64,000 nucleotides of DNA from Gekko japonicus (taxonomy: Eukaryota), in contig NW_015177076.1 in the NCBI RefSeq assembly GCF_001447785.1, forward strand, positions 109,509 to 173,508. Direction: 5' to 3'. Position 1 is the first letter of the stretch. Each line of letters starts with the position of its first letter. A program made the position numbers and the translations under genes. A model generated the notes under the pieces. That model saw nothing but the letters and a program-made list of their open reading frames with translations, was not told the origin of the DNA and ran no database searches. This document shows, in pieces, positions 61,284 through 64,000 of this stretch.

Positions 61284-64000
61284 CAGGTGAACCCAACAGA
61301 CTGGCAAATGTTGGCCTTTCCCCCCCTAACATGACTATACTTTATGTGTCCCAACTCCACCTTTCTGAACTTGGTGACATTTCATTTCTGAGGACGGAGT
61401 GGGCAGTATAAGGCTGTTACGTGCCAAGGTGCCCCCATTTTGTTCCTTGCATAGAATGGCTGCTGATTCAACGCTGTGAAAATTGTAGTTCTGATAGGTG
61501 CTCACACAGTACTAGACATTATGAGCTTATTCTACATATGGGCTTCAGTTTAAAGATGTTGAGAAGCAGAATCTGCAGGTGCAGCTGAGCTTTTAAAATG
61601 GAGATTTATACTCACTGTGCTATGCCAGAAAAGAGAGGGAAATGCATATGCCTGCATGTGAAGAGATCTGTCAGCTGTCTCGTGGAATTTATTTATTCAT
61701 TTACAGAATTTATATCCTGCCTTTCTGCCCTCACAAGGGCCAGTAAGATCGCTAACAATTTAAAGCAGATGTAATAAAATCATATTTTAATACCATCAAA
61801 ATCATCCCCCCAACCCACATCATTAAAACAAGTTAAAAACAGAGTTTAAAAATTTACAAAGACATAAAAGCTAAATTTAAAACATGATCAGGAGGATGGG
61901 ATCACTCAGGAAATGCCAAGTGAAACAAAAAAAGTCTTCACACACTGGTGGAAGGTGGCAGCAGAAGGGGACAAATATTTTGCAGCCAATATCCTGTAGT
62001 CCTTGCAAAACCACAAGCTACATTCTTCAGAAGAATGACTGATGTGTTTTAACTTGCATCTTAAAAGGGGAAACAAATTGATTGGATGTCATGAGTAAGC
62101 ATCAGCTATAATGGTTACCATTTCAAAAGTGCATTTTATTGCTCTTGCGCAGGGAAGTGAGAAGTTTCGTCTCTGTATAAGGAAATGTCGCAATGAGGAG
62201 TGGAAGACCTGCACAACCATTATCGCCTTCCCAGAGCCTGTATAATTAAGCCTGTATACCACAGAACAAAGCAATTGTCTACTGGACCAAAGGATAAGGA
62301 ATTTTGTGATAAGCCTCAGGATCGGTTACTTAACTAAGCTTTTGTATGCATTTTGGCGCAAAACTGTTTTTTGAGTTAGGCAGTTTCAGTGAATCATGTT
62401 GTAATAATTCATAAGTAAACGGGGATTAAAATTACTCTTTCCTATTTAGGCACATTTTTTTTCCTCATAGGGGGTAGCTTTCAAACTGGTTTCTGGGACC
62501 TGAGCTAAAAATATAGTGGATTTGGGGAATTTACCTTGTGGTTTTTAACGTCTTATTTTCAGGAATTCAGGGCTTTGTTCCCCTCGTTGTTTTGCCTTTA
62601 AAATTCCTTTTAACTGCAATAATGTAAAGGAGCTTGATGGAACTAAGTCACTGTCTTCTTACCTAACAACATGCACAGTACCTTATAATTTGGACATTAA
62701 TACTGAATTATTGTCGGATCAGCAACAGAAACAGTGACAAAGGGACTATAAATCGGAACTGTAATCAAGTGCTCTTCAGTTTCTGCAAGCAACTTACTAC
62801 ATTCCATTAGCAGGCTCTTAAAATTGCTGCCTGTTTCTGAATTGTTTACCCATTCTCACTGGTGCTCTTCCACTTGTCTCTCCTCTTTGAAATCAATAAA
62901 TAGGATTGCTTTCAAGCCATATGAAAACCTCAGTCCCAAGCATGTGGAAGAACATCTCATAGACTTTGGTTACAGGGTGGAAGTAAAACTGAGGGCTTAT
63001 TTTCAGAAAAGCCTTTCCCAATTTACCCAACTTAATATTTGCCTTCTATTTCCATTAGTTGCCCTTCATTGCTGTCAGTTGGAAGGTTTTTAAAGTTTCA
63101 TTTTAATGGGACTACATCCTATCGTGATTGGAACAGGCATCCAGGGATTGCAAGTCTTTGCTACATTCCTTCTGTTCATCTTGGATGCTGTCGCATTAAT
63201 TTTGTCTTGTGTAACAATGAATTAAGAATTTTGCTAAGGGACCTGTACAGTTTCTTGAGAGCATTTGTAATTAGTCTGTCTTTTGCTATTCTAATACTTT
63301 TTTGAGACGTGTATTTTAGAATTGCCCTTGTATCTTGAGAAACAACCGAGATGTCAAAGTTTATTTCCAAAAGAAAAACAAATCTATTATTTTAGGTTCT
63401 CTGCTTTAGAAGTCCATGGGACTAATTGTTTCTGTGAACCTTACCCATCTGGGTGTCTAAAAGACAGGGTTTTTGTGGACTACTCAGAAGCAGAAGACCA
63501 AAACCTAGTTTTGTACATGCTAGATATAACTTTTGTATCTGCATGGTTAGCTAATTACAGCTTCTGTTTGTATATTATCAGCTATTTATAGCTAGACAAT
63601 TTTGGACATTAACCCCAGGCAAGCTAATTATGCAAGGTGTACAAACTGTAAATATTCAGGAAGTAATTTAAGAATAGTGTTTCTCTGTTGCAGCTTTGAT
63701 GTCAATAAGCTATAGAAATTGAAGTTTGTGAAAGTTTGCAGTTCTCTGCCAATTTACATTAAGAAATTGGAAGATTTTAGCCTTGTTCAGGTATGCACTG
63801 CGTGTAAATGAAAGGAAACAACTCTGTTAAAAGATTCGTAGAAGACTTGGAAGCTTACCATGTGCTTCTATCTTCAGGATGATTATTACTTACTGATGGA
63901 TATGCATTGCATTATATAGAGATGCACGTGATAACTGCTTTGCCCTGCTGATTGGCTAAGAGGGAAAAGCACCATCATTATCTGAGCCGAATGGTAGGCT

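Overview
Eukaryotic (vertebrate) genomic DNA, almost certainly a squamate and probably a gecko, judging from Sauria SINE, Squam3-like and 5S-derived SINEs, CR1, RTE and Penelope remnants. It has three short N gaps. Four spliced protein-coding genes can be reconstructed exon by exon with GT-AG sites and consistent phases. They are TTF2 (minus strand, first 5 coding exons; the gene runs off the left edge), GPR161 (minus, complete, 5 coding exons, 521 aa), TIPRL (plus, complete, 7 exons, 268 aa) and SFT2D2 (plus, complete, 8 exons, 160 aa). The rest is intron, UTR and a dense set of mobile elements: the end of a Gmr1-like Gypsy element, solo LTRs, hAT and Harbinger-like MITEs, SINEs and LINE fragments. 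The most notable observations are: (1) an inverted pair of young CR1 copies bracketing the symmetric 120-nt GPR161 exon with the PKA-site motif, a candidate for exon skipping or circRNA; (2) a 1.32-kb direct duplication sandwiching a truncated Gypsy integrase-PPT-LTR fragment; (3) a 10-codon uORF ending 2 nt before the GPR161 ATG; (4) a hairpin hAT MITE carrying ETS-CRE composite sites inside GPR161; (5) Penelope hammerhead-like cores facing away from two promoters; (6) an apparent Gln-to-stop change clipping the TIPRL C-terminus. No wholly new system is demonstrable from sequence alone, so these are testable leads. Orthologue comparisons are from memory, not from a database search.
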